Below, in pieces: positions 12,074-24,575 of a stretch of 64,000 nt of DNA. Below the pieces are notes generated by a model. That model was not told where the DNA came from. It ran no database searches and saw nothing but the letters and a program-made list of their open reading frames with translations. A program made the translations under genes and the position numbers. Where the stretch lies: NCBI GenBank assembly GCA_951406725.2, contig OX597814.1, positions 34,286,001-34,350,000 of the forward strand, read 5' to 3'. How positions within the stretch are numbered: the stretch's first letter is position 1; each line of letters starts with the position of its first letter. The DNA is from Octopus vulgaris (lineage: Eukaryota).

Positions 12074-13113
12074 CTTCCAGAGGACCATCATGGTTTCTTG
12101 TTCTCTTGTTCTAAAGGTTCTAAGAATCCATCCGGCCAGCCGTCTACATTTCATTGCCAGTTTAGCAACATGTACATGAAAGTTCGCGTCATCACTCATG
12201 TGAATACCCAGGTCACGCACTGATTGTGCCTCTGGGATTGCAATCCCTCCGGGTCCAGTGTATTCATTGGGTATTGCATTCAGTGAATACACTGGACCCG
12301 GAGGGATTGCAATCCCAGAGGCACAATCAGTGCGTGTCCTGGGTATTCACATGAGTGATGACGCGACCTTTCATGTACATGTTGCTAAACTGGCAATGAA
12401 ATGTAGACGGCTGGCCGGATGGATTCTTAGAACCTTTAGAACAAGAGAACAAGAAACCATGATGGTCCTCTGGAAGACACTTGTCCTAAGCCACTTTGAC
12501 TATTGCTCTCAGCTATGGTCACCATCCAGTGTCAAGTTGATCACAGAACTTGAGGCGATCCAACGAAGCTACACGAAGAAGATAGCCTCTGTGCAGCATA
12601 TAAGCTACTGGGAAAGACTCAAGAGATTAAAACTCTATTCCTTGGAGCGTAGGCGAGAAAGATATGCCATAATATATATCTGGAAGATCCTGGAAGGACT
12701 TGTCCCAAACTTTGGCATCGAGAGTCACACAAATGCCAGAACCGGGCGCCACTGCGTGGTACCAAGGACTCCAAATTTGCCATCAAGATGTAGGACAAGA
12801 TACTGTGATAGCCTGGGCTTCAGAGGCCCACAGCTCTACAATATCCTCCCGAAGAACCTGAGGGACCTGCATGGTGTAGATGCGGATGTCTTTAAAGTAG
12901 GACTGGATCTCTTCTTGTCAGGTGTCCCGGATGAACCAACTTCACGGCAGGAGGTGCAGATGAGGGCAGCTGCATCGAACTCTCTCATGCACCAAATGGC
13001 AGTTGCTAAAAAGCATTCGTGAGGTAAAATCATGTAGCAAACCAAATGGCGGTGTCCCAGCATGGCCACAGCTCATGAGCTGAAACTGGAGAAATTGAAA
13101 TCGAAATCGAAAT
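12071..13113 (+). mobile_element. 5'-truncated CR1/L2-group LINE 3' end with 196-bp inverted duplication at its 5' end
   Basis: ORF 12258-13022: VR(D/V)LG...LSHFDYCSQLWSP...LEAIQRSYTKKI...YWERLKRLKLYSLERRRERY...GPQLYNILP...LDLFLSGVPDEP; short 3' UTR ending in GAAAT(T/C) repeats; flanked by (TA)n. Confidence 0.92.
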
Positions 13114-13168
13114 ATATGTATATATATGTATATATATATATATATGTATATACACACACACACACACA

Positions 13169-13246
<78 letters not shown>

Positions 13247-13808
13247 CACTACAGTGTTTGAAAACACAGTTCGAAAAACACAGTTAAAATGACATGATCT
13301 AAGAAAGTAAACAAGAACCAAACGCATTACTCTCAAGCAGAATATCAATTATTACATGCTAATTATTTTTCCCGGTGGGTGGGTAGGTTTTCGCATTATC
13401 AGTTACTATCTATTACTCAATAAAGCTGTTGAAGCAATAGTTAAGTGGGTGCTAACATGTATATTGTTGAAACAACACACTCGTACAAACACACAAGTAC
13501 ATACATAGAAGCGTGTTTATGCGTGTCAGAAGGCAGAGACATACAACAGAAAAGTATATGTGTGTGTCTGAGCCAATAAAACACTGTACATAATATGTTT
13601 TACAAGCTCTTATTAACTTATTAGAAGCGGAAACAGCATAAATAAATGCAAAACATTAGAAATCTTAGATTGTGTAATATAATTATATGAAAGAAATATT
13701 GTATTTCCTTTTTATGTCAGTCATTTTCTTTTCACACCTGTTTTGTTGCTGATGACGTTTGTTGTTATTGCTGCTGATGTTGCTATTGTTGATCATATTT
13801 CTTTTATC

Positions 13809-13994
<186 letters not shown>

Positions 13995-14026
13995 CATCCA
14001 TATATCTATATATATATATATATAAC

Positions 14027-14122
<96 letters not shown>

Positions 14123-14199
14123 CTTGCGAGTTTTTAATTATATTTAATTCAGCTCTCGAGATTTCTGCTTCTGGCTATATTGTTTTAAGATTATTCTGA

Positions 14200-15480
14200 T
14201 TTTCGTGGAAGTTGTGTTGTGTTTTCGTTGATTTTGCTTCAAGTAGTTGTAATTACTTTACAGGTGGTGGTGGTGGTAATAGTAGTAGTAATATTAGCGG
14301 TTGTGTTGGTGCTAGTAGTAGTTCTGATAGTCGTATTACTGGTGGTGGTGGTAGTTATTCGGGGTAATGATGCTAGTGAGCAATCGTTATATTGATGGCG
14401 GATGTGTTAGCAGAATACGTAGTGTTTGTAGTGTTGATGTTGCTGGTTGTAATGGTTGTGTTGACAGTCGTATCAGTTGTGGTAATAGAATAATAGTCGT
14501 AGTGGTAATAGGGCGGCGAGGTGGCAGAAACGTTAGCACGCTGGGCGAAATACTTAGCGGTATTTCGTCTGCCGTTACGTTCTGAGTTCAAATTCCGCCG
14601 AGGTTGACTTTGCCTTTCATCCTTTCGGGGTCGATTAAATAAGTACCTGTTACGCACTGGGGTCGATATAATCGACCTAATCCATTTGTCTGTCCTTGTT
14701 TGTCCTCTCTGTGTTTAGTAAAGAAATAGGTAATGGGTAGGGACAATAACCGCTGTATTGATGGCAATAATGGTGGCCGTAGTGTTGGTAGTTGTATTAG
14801 GGATGGTAAATTGCGTGTGTTTGTGAGTGTGCGTGTGTGTATGTGCGCGCGTGTGGTTATTGTTGCACCAAGGTGAAATGGTCATGGTAGAAATGTTGGT
14901 GTTTGCAGAAGAGGTTCTTTTGAAGAAGGTGATGTGGTGGTAGTAGAGATAGTTATATAAAGTGTGATTTCTGAGGTGGTGATGTTTATGATGAACGCTG
15001 TGGCAGTAAGGATATATATATATATATATATATATAAAAGAAAATTGTGATACAGCTGATGGTGGAGTCGTTTGTAGTGGTAACAGCTGTACAGTAGTGG
15101 CAATGATGTTAGAGGAATTTTGTGATATGTTGAGATGACGTTATTGTTGTTGGCGAAACCTACGTTAACCCTGATCGAGTGAACCAATGATTAAAGACAT
15201 TCCAACCATGACCATCTCGTATTTTTAGGTGTGTCATAAGACTACTTTATCTAATGTGTTCATTCATAACTTCTGAGATGATGGAATTGTTGATCATTAT
15301 GGTTGTAGAGGAGGTAGAAGTAATAGCGGTGTCAGTTATATTACATTCAGATAGCTTTTGTGACACGAACGGATACAGACGAATTTTTCTTGGGTATGGG
15401 GTGGGGTTTGAAGGGATAATAGCCGTGTTGGTGGCGGGGATTGTTTTAATTATTGAGATGGTGTTAGGGTACTGGAAATG
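14200..15480. repeat. Degenerate GTG/GTA/GTT trinucleotide low-complexity region (with a SINE at 14512-14730)
   Basis: Directly visible; ORFs are poly-T/I/V read-throughs. Confidence 0.8.
14512..14730 (+). mobile_element. tRNA-derived SINE family B; other copies at about 9780-9905, 15500-16075 (three decayed), 28960-29170(-), 29810-29960(-), 42085-42525(- x2), 43620-44065 (x2), 45805-46000, 46545-46755, 48845-49305 (x2), 50785-51010
   Basis: GGCGGCGAG(C/G)TGGCAGAAACGTTAG (A-box) ...GAGTTCAAATTCC (B-box) ...GCCTTTCATCCTTTCGGGGTCGAT central block recurs many times. Confidence 0.9.
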
Positions 15481-16519
15481 AGGTTTTAAAAAATTCAGTT
15501 TCAATGTGTTTACGTCCCAAGTTCAAATCCCAATAGATTCGCCTTGCTGTTGTACCCCTTCCGAATCAATAAATTTAGTACTCGTTCTATTCATGGGTCG
15601 ATTTCCTCAACTACAATCTTTCTCTGCCTTGTACCAGAGTGAGCATAATTTTTAATTAGGCAAGGACAGTAGACTGGCAGAATCAGAAGAGTGTCGGACA
15701 AAATGTCTAGCAGTATTTAATCACAGCCCTTTACGTTTTGACTTCAAATCACGCTGAAGTTAATTTCGCCTTTCATTCATCCGGGTCGATAAACTAAAGG
15801 AACAGTCAAGTAATGAAGCTGATTAAATCCAGTCTTCTCTTTCCCCAAATTTGTTGTCTTCAGTTTAAGTTAGAAATCATTATTTTTAATTAAGACAGTG
15901 TATAACAGAATCAGTAGAACAATAGTAAAAAATATCTTGCAGCATTCAGTTACGTCCCTTTTACACTCTATGTTCTTAACATCGCAGAGGTCTTTCATCC
16001 TTCTGAGATCAATACAATCAACTGTGTCCTGTTACCAAATGTGTGGTTTTGTGCCAACATTAGAAATCATCAACTTTTAATTAGTATTTATCACTCAAAT
16101 TAATTAAATTCAAAGGCCTTGTTCCATTATGCCTACTGCACCATATGACCCCTATTATACAGGGAGCACAAATAATGGAGTAATTTCCCAATTCAAGGCT
16201 ATCGATCTTTATGATAGCATCACTCATATATAACTTACCAAAAATATATGTACTTTATGAATTCTTTGTATTGCATAAGATACATACACAGAAACAAATA
16301 CATAATACATATATACATACATATATACATACATATTTAAATGTACGCGTGCGAGCACACACACATTGAACGTAAAGATGCTAGTGGAAGCGTAGAATAG
16401 ATAGGCATCGTGTTTGCGTTCAGGCTGATCGAGTTTTTAAGCCTTAACTTCTTAATCAGGGTAAGCTATTCAAGAAGCAGATGAGTTGGCTAGATGACAA
16501 AGTAATTATATCATATATA

Positions 16520-16912
16520 GCGCAGGAGTGGCTGTGTGGTAAGTAGCTTGGTAACCAACCACATGGTTCCGGGTTCAGTCCCACTGCGTGGCACCTTGGG
16601 CAAGTGTCTTCTACTATAGCCACGGGCCGACCAAAGCCTTGTGAGTGGATTTGGTAGACGGAAACTGAAAGAAGCCTGTCGTATATATGTATATATATAT
16701 GCGTGTGTGTGTGTCTGTGTTTGTCCCCCTTGACAACCGATGCTGGTGTGTTTATGTCCCCGTTACTTAGCGGTTCGACAAAAGAGACCGATAGAATAAG
16801 TACTGGGCTTACAAAAAGAATAAGTCCCGGGGTTGAGTTGCTCGATTAAAGGCGGTGCTCCAGCATGGCCGCAGTCAAATGACTGAAACAATTAAAAGAG
16901 AGTAAAAGAGAG
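16520..16912 (+). mobile_element. tRNA-derived SINE family A, full length; other copies at about 16960-17270(-), 17410-17665(-), 18983-19370(-), 51380-51722(+), 54700-55005(-), 55187-55592(+), 55820-56220(+), 62850-63375(+)
   Basis: GCGCAGGAGTGGCTGTGTGGTAAG...GGGTTCAGTCCC head, CCTTGGGCAAGTGTCTT core, internal (TA)/(TG) tract, tail GGCGGTGCTCCAGCATGGCCGCAGTCAAATGACTGAAAA(C)...(TAAAAGAG)n. Confidence 0.92.
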
Positions 16913-17914
16913 TATATAACATCTCATATAAATATATTCCTTACATTCATGGTTGTTTCTTTTATTTCTTTCAGTCATTACGCTTCGGCCATGCAGGCGC
17001 CCCCCCCTTTAAAAATTTTAGTCGCACGGATTGACCCCAGTACTGGTACTTATTCTGTCTGTCTCTTTTGACGAACCGCTAGGTTACGGGGTCGTAAACA
17101 CACTAACACCGATTGTCAAGCAGTGGTGGAAGAACATACGGACCCAAAGACACACACACATACACACACACACACAACAGGCTTCTTTCAGTTTCCGTCT
17201 ATCTAATCAACTCACAAGGCTTTGGTCAACCCGAGGCTGTAGTAGAAGATACTTGCCCAAGATACCAGATGGTTGAGAAGCAACGTTTATATTACACATC
17301 CGTCTTTCTTACCTACCTGCCTACCTACTTGTGTAGTGTGTATGTATGTATGTATGTATGTATGTATGTATGTATGTATGTATGCATATTTCATGTTACA
17401 TGAAGAAGCGTTTCAGGACTGCGGCCACGCTGGGGCACTGCATTGAAGTGTTTGCTCAAACAAATCGATCCCAGTACTTATTTTTCAGCCTAGTAGTATT
17501 CTACCGGTCCTTTTTGCCGAACTATTAAGTTACGTAGACGAAAACAAACCAGCATCGGTTTCCAAATGGTGGTGGAAGAAAAACATACACATACGCTCAC
17601 ACACGCATATACTGAATGCAGAGCCATGTGGTTGGAAAGCAAACTTCTTACCACACAGCCACGCATTGCTTCTGTAGTTTTCATCGTTACGTCTCTTTTA
17701 CAATGACGTATTTTTATTTCTTATAATTGAATTCGGTTTTGAGAAAAGAATAACAGAAATCAAAGAGTATTGCTTAAACATGATTATCACTACTGCATGA
17801 TGGATCTGTTTTGATAGAACAAATCTATAATCAAAAGCATTCCAGTCATGACCGTCCTGATATTTTTCATGTATTATGTAACTAATACAATATGGAGAAA
17901 ATGCACAAAAAAGA

Positions 17915-18916
17915 TGAAGACAGGTGCTGTAGACAACAAACAGAAGTATTAGTTTAACGCTCGGGAAGTGAAAAAGTTTTTAACGTTTCGAGCCTACGCT
18001 CTTCCACAGAAAGGAACACAGAAAGAAACAATGAGAGAAGATAAAGAATGTGTAGTGGCTAGCGATCTATCATGGCGAATGCTGGACAGAGGGGTCACAC
18101 AGGAGAGCTAGGGAGAAGGGGAGATAATAAAGTAGTGATGATCCCAAAACGAAGGTGCGCGTGCGTGTGTATAAGAGAGTATATGTGCGTGTGGAAGAGG
18201 ACTGGTGGCTTTGATGTGTGCGTGTGTGTATGTGTAGGTGTGTAGATGTGAGGCTGGGAAGTGGTTAGTGCTAGTGTGTGTGTGTGGTGGTGTAATGTGA
18301 TGTGATGTGGTGTTGTGTGGTATGGTGGTGTATGGTGTAGTGGTGTGTGGTGTGGTGTTATGGTGTTGAGAGGTGAGGAGGCGAGAGTGGGGAAAGCAAG
18401 GGTGGGATGTGGGTTAGGCTGAGGGTGGGGGTAGAGGTGGTTTATGTGGGAGTGGGTGTAAGGGATGGAGTGGGTGGGATGGATAGGAAAGGTGGAGTTG
18501 GATTGTGTAGGGGTGGGGTGGGGTGGGATGGATAGGAAAGGTGGAGTTGGATTGTGTAGGGGTGGGGTTACGAGGGAGAGGTGACGATGAAGGGGGAAGG
18601 GAGAAGGTAGGTAGAAGCGAAGAGAAGAAGTAGGAGTCGGAGCAAGAGAGGAAGCAGGTGTGAGGGGGAGAGAGGAGAGGGGAGGAGGTTAGATGAAGAG
18701 GGGAGGGGAGTTGAACAAATGTGGCGCAAAGGAGCGAAGAGAGAAGATTAATCCCTGTCCACGCGCAAACGGGAGTTCAGATGGTGTTGCAAAGAGTGAC
18801 CGGTAGAGCGGAAATGGCGCGAGACCGGGTGCCATTGCCGAGTCGGATGTCTCGGAAGTGTTCCGCGAACCGGTCAGTTAAGCGGCGTCCCGTTTGCCCG
18901 ATGAATAGAGAAGGGC

Positions 18917-18967
<51 letters not shown>

Positions 18968-18982
18968 AGGAGATGCAGTATC
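17915..18982 (-). mobile_element. Penelope-like element 3' end: GIY-YIG endonuclease pseudogene (about 18690-18982), C-rich 3' UTR and pLTR with hammerhead-like motif
   Basis: Minus strand: YCISC(SL)nCPSLFIGQTGRRLTDRFAEHFRDIRLGNGT, then after a frameshift PVSRHFRSTGHSLQHHL, then LIFSLRSFAPH; hammerhead-like motif at 17977-18014. Confidence 0.88.
17977..18014 (-). ncRNA. Hammerhead-like motif with non-canonical core (CTGTGGA)
   Basis: Minus strand reads TTT CTGTGGA A GAGC GTAG GCTC GAAAC GTT AAA; perfect 4-bp stem II, palindromic AACGTT; A6 replaced by T. Confidence 0.55.
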
Positions 18983-19952
18983 TTGTTTTATCTTTTACTT
19001 GTTTCACTCACTGGACTGCGGCCATTCTAGGGCACCATCATGATGGGTTTTAGTCAAACAAATCGAACTTAGTACTTATTTCTTTAATCCTGGTACATAT
19101 TCCTATTAATCGCCTGTGCCAAACTACTAAGTTACGGAGACATAAACAGACCAACGCCTATTTTCAAGCGGTGATGGGGAACAAACACAAATACAAAGAT
19201 ACACACATATATGTAAATATATGACAGACTTCAATCAGTTTCCGTCTACTAAATCCACTCACAAGGCTTTACTCGATCCGAGGTTAGAGTAGAGGACACT
19301 TGCCGAAGGAGCCACGGAGTGAGAGTGAACCCGGATCCATGTGGTCGGGAAGAAAACTTCTTACCACACAATGTTTTTATTTTATTTAGTTGCTACTTCT
19401 GGAGAAAAAGGAGGCTATGCATCGCATTCCTAGGCCCTCCAAGCCCGGCGAGATTGATGCTCTTCATGTCTTGAGTCACAACCTGCAGGAAACTCATGAA
19501 CAGGGTTTACCGATTTTCTGGAGAAGGACTGGACGTAGTGGTTAGCGCAGGGTCCGGGTGGAGGCAGGATTGGATACAACTTGTGTAATGAGAAGAGACG
19601 TTTAAGAGACTTATATATAAAGGGGAAGTTTGGCTACTATTTCTAGCAGATAGAGCAACCACGAAGGATGTAGCAGGCATAATTTAAAAACCAGAAGTAA
19701 AATGTAATGAGTTAAATAAAACTGCAAAACAAGAGTCATAACAAAGGCACCAACCTGAAGCTAATTAACATATAAATATAGGCATTATCTTCATGATATC
19801 TTAATTGGATTAGTTTTCAAGAGATTGTGAAAGAATATTAATTTCAGTCGATTAGGAAAGCGGAATGGGAATGGGATTAGATAACATTAGTAGCGGCGTA
19901 AACGAAACGAAATAGCTTCAACCGAATTGCGGTTCGGCAGGAGATTAGGATT

Positions 19953-20026
<74 letters not shown>

Positions 20027-21589
20027 TACATGCACGTATACATATACTGAAGCACAAGCGTAGTAACAATACACACACAAACACATGAACATGAGTCAAC
20101 TAGGCAGCCTCTATATGGTCACTCGATGTGCTTGAGATACCCATCAATTCCCACTCAAATGTCAGAAAGATCATGTTGTCTCAGTTATGGCTGGCCTAGC
20201 CAAAACACCACCACCACCACCACCACCACAGACGACGACAACAACAACGACAATAGCAATACACATATAGAATCCCTCAGGAAGCCTCAACTTAGTCACT
20301 CAATCCACTAGAAATAGCAATTAACTTTTCCTTAAATTAATTCTGCGTCTTGAAAAGCAAGAGACACGTACACAATTTAGTCCTCGATGTGCAATACCCG
20401 AGAGAAGAGAATAGGACAAGGGAATTATGAATGGGTTGATTTTGATCATAGACTTGTTCGGGCAGAACTGCTGCTACTTAACAATAACAACAACAACAAC
20501 AACAACAACACATACAAATATACACACGCTCTCACACACTGGTATGTAACCGGAGAACGGCTGTAATCGAGAACCGAGTATAGTGAATTAGCCAGTCGAA
20601 GAAGCTTTCTGCTGTAATTCAACCGTTTAAGAAACATAACGTCACATCAACGAAATATCATACATCACCAGTATTCAGCATGTTATTACTAAGTGGATCC
20701 AGATCTTCAGATTACACATTCTTTGAGTTATAAGATTGTAAATGAGACTAGCAATAGGTGAGTAGCTGGTAACATATCATCAACGGGCTGAAGGTTCGAT
20801 TCCATCTAACACTCCTAATATACATTTTACATACATTATTTTTATTTTACGAATGTTCCTATTTTATACATTTTTTAACCAGTTTATTTTTTATTTATAT
20901 GTAATCAGGAGTCGTTTGTATTTTCTAAATGCCTTGTTTACATAATTTATCTTGACTAAACAATCACAACGCCAAATTCGTGTATGGTTGACACAGAATC
21001 AATATATTCCCTGGTACAGATGTGAGTATTGATGTATCACTTCCTTAACTCAAATCTACATGCTTATCTGATGTGGTTTAATTAATCCCAAAGAGGATTT
21101 AAAATTAAATAAAAAGGAGTAATCAGATTAACAGAAATCCGTTAATAAGTTACTGGCGCGTTATCAGTGAGTTAATGTGTTTTCGTTTTGCTTCAATGCT
21201 TTACTATACTGCAGAGGCGCTTGGCTTACTGGTTAGGATATTTGACTCACAAGCAAAAGGTTGTGAGCTTAATTCCTGGACCGGGCGACACGCTGTATTT
21301 TTCAGCCAAGGCTTTGGTGCAGCCCACTCTCTCTAGCTGTAACATTCTGGATATCGCATTGGATGAAGGATGAGAGACTGGGTAGGTGTCTATGCCATTT
21401 CATGACTACATAAGTACCTAAAACAATAAGCGGAAGCATAGCACATGTTACCAAGCCATATTCGCTCGCTAGTGAAGGTTGGCTGTACTAGAAACATTTT
21501 AAATCACGACAATCTGTATGCATAGACAGATGTAAACACTTTACCTACAATATTTTCCTTGACAGAAAAGATATATCAGCCAGATTAGT

Positions 21590-22620
21590 TTCGATCCTAT
21601 GTTGCGATTTCATCAAGGACCACTTTGCGCTTCGGGCCATTGTCCTCCACAGATTGCAATCTCTAAGAAGAATAAAAGAAAAAAAGGCAGTTTTACTCAT
21701 AACAGCTTTTCCATATTGTTAGGGAGCAACACCTACCTCTCCACCTCCCCATTCCACTTTAAATTAAACCTGAAAAATTTGACTGGAAAGATAGTATTTT
21801 GTTCACAAGTATGTCCACCATACAGCATGTTTCGCCACGATGTTGTGACAGAGTGGAAGTTGCCTGAACTTCCTTGAGGAAGGAGGGAGGGGAGACATCT
21901 TTATAAGAGACTTATTGGATAACTGAATCTGTCCTACGCGCTATAACAGCCGTTCGACGTAACTCCACATGCTAGTGATAGCCGGACTCTGAACGAGTGA
22001 GTGAAGAACAGTTTCGTTTCTCTCTATGCATCTCAGTCCTTCAACAAAGAAGATGCTTCCTTATTTGAGGAACTTTTTTCCGAACTGGTAGCATCTCTCT
22101 CTGTAATAATAGCAGGCTAGAGATTTCCGAAAGTTGTTCTTTGTACCGGGGTTAAAGTCCCACAAAATAAGTTACTGAACCTTCGGAATAAGTTATTTCA
22201 TTGGCGCTCAGGGTTGTTGCTCTTTTTAGTTACTGACCCTCTGTTATAGACATTCTATCGACAGTATTGCTCAGTTGTTAGAGGACTCTTAGAACCTTTC
22301 AATGTCCCAGTTACCTGATTCAGAATGTTTGTCTTCATCTGACACTGGGCTGCAGGTCAAAGAGATGGACTGTGGTAGAGCGAGCTTCGCAAACGGTGAT
22401 CATATCTGTTCACCGTTTATGACCAAATATATGATTGGGGGCATTTCAGAAGTGACCATCCAGTCTTTTCAATTAGTTCATCGCAAACTATATTATCCAT
22501 TGTGCTATTCCATTTTGAAAGACAACTGGATACGATCTGAGAGATTTAGATTCTGTTTTCAGAAGACGAAGCTACCACATAAGACACTTCCTCATTAGTT
22601 CTTATGTCTAAGGGCGTGTA
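21590..22620 (-). mobile_element. Very old LINE remnant (probable endonuclease to RT region)
   Basis: GC-richer block with fragmentary motifs on the minus strand (ASGP.EI-like near 21610-21630); no intact frame. Confidence 0.3.
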
Positions 22621-24480
22621 AAACTGATGTAGCTCACCAGTCTTTAAGTAGTTTTTACGGACTGACTTAAACCCGACTCAGTATAATAAGATAACTAAAT
22701 ACTCGCCAATTATGCACTGTTTCCTCTGCTTATAACACTCAACGGCACTGCCACTTCTGGCTTACATTGTTTCTACTGCACCACTCACACTTTTGTACTG
22801 ATAATTCATCGAAAACACATTACCTATTCAATGATTGTGATATTTGCAGGCCAAGTGGCTTGGCTATGGGTACAGTACACAACCGGTACCTGGATACGAA
22901 CCGCGTGCTCTTCAATCGAATTGTTGTGGATGTCTAAAATAGTTAATGACTTTCTTAATCTAGAAAAGATCAGGAAGGATAAATAATGTTTTGCATCAAT
23001 GTAATTGAAACATTAAAATGATTTATTTCAGTAAATTGATTAGTCTATTCATTAAGTACAACTCATTAAGAAATTAGATTTAGACAATCAAATAAACAGA
23101 ATAATTTGCGCCAAGTTCTGAACATGTAGTGCAAAAGATAAACTTAAATCAGATCGAGATGGTTTCAATACTAGATTACATCTCGGTCGGAATTCTTTTA
23201 CTGTACGTGCTGCAATTGCTATCAAGTGCGATAAATATCGATTTCGAATTTAGTAGATGGTACTTTATTTTTTATAACTCCACAGAGAGATGAAAGGAAA
23301 AAGTTGAACCCGCCTTCGAAATGTAGGACACGATTAAAACCGATGGGAATGTAGTCATATAAAAAAAGATACAAATACTACAATATTACTTTCTCTTGTT
23401 TCTAAAATATGGGGTCTTTGTACTTTGTCAAAAAAAAAAAAAAAAAAAATGAAAAAATAAAAAGAAAGAAAACAACCAACCCAGTAATTTACGAATATCT
23501 CAGATAAATACTCAAATTTTAAAATGCCAAAATGTTTGAGAGTTGTTTTTGAAAAGATTTTAAGTTTTCGGACTGTTTAACACATAAAGATGTAAGTTCT
23601 GAAAATATCCTTGCCGCAGGACAATGAAAAGATTTTTCGATACTTATATTTACATGTAGATGTAAATATTGGAAAAAGAAATGCTTCATCTCCGAAGATG
23701 AGGTTAATAGTCTGAAAAACTTATAATCTTAGCTTTTTTATTTGAAAACATTTTATTTATATTTTATTTATATCTTTTATATACCTGATGGAGTCATAGT
23801 GTATGAAATCTATTTTAGTTTTCTAAGAGATATTAGTTTAAGTTGATCCCGGTATTTTACTACTAATTATTTTTATCGATCACAGTAAGATAAATTAAAA
23901 AAAAAAATCAAAAAGTAATATGTGGCAAAGAAAAGCCACGGTATATCAAAATAGATTCAGTAAAACTCTCTACAAACTGAGCAAATGCGTCTGTTCTTAG
24001 ACTGCCTCCAGTGATATACAAAATAAAGTAAATCTACAGAGACTTGTTCTTAAAAGTGAGATGTAAAATTCTATACAGTTTTCTCCGAATGTCTTAGCCG
24101 CAGGACAATGATAAAGAAGCAACCATTCCTATAAATAGAAACAAAGTGGCCAAACAGAATTCATATTCAACTAGTTGACGCCACAACGTGCTTCAGTTTT
24201 GTTCTACCAACTGTTCACATAATTAATGAATAAATACCAGCAAGCTATAGAAATTGTATTAACATTCCTAAGAGATTGCACTGTATTTTAATGGAGATTG
24301 TACAACAAATAAAGAATCAGACTACGTTATGATTGGTATCTTTCGATTTTTTTTTAGTTAAAATTCTAACGTGGCAAATAGAAACCATAATTAACAATAT
24401 AATTATCTCAAGTTCAACCAAGCCACCATATTTCGTCTCTCTATTACTATAAAACCAAATCCTACGGTTAAAACAGTTTC

Positions 24481-24575
24481 AAGATGATTTATATTGCTGA
24501 TATGATTTATGTAGTCGATATAATTTATGGGGTAAATGTGATTTACATATTGGACTCGTTTTCGATATGATTTTG
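24481..24575 (+). promoter_or_regulatory. 18-bp-phased array of T(G/A)ATTTA(T/C) motifs; candidate homotypic TF-site cluster or decayed minisatellite
   Basis: Motif starts at 24485, 24503, 24521, 24539; related copies at 24568 and 24768. Confidence 0.35.

Noticed and set aside
22850-22942. Possible terminal exon AKWLGYGYSTQPVPGYEPRALQSNCCGCLK*
   Set aside because: Weak acceptor; another frame gives GLAMGTVHN, like a mariner HTH, so a transposon relic is as likely.
24481-24552. CRISPR-like repeat/spacer pattern
   Set aside because: 18-bp period with about 6-nt variable parts, eukaryotic context and no cas genes.
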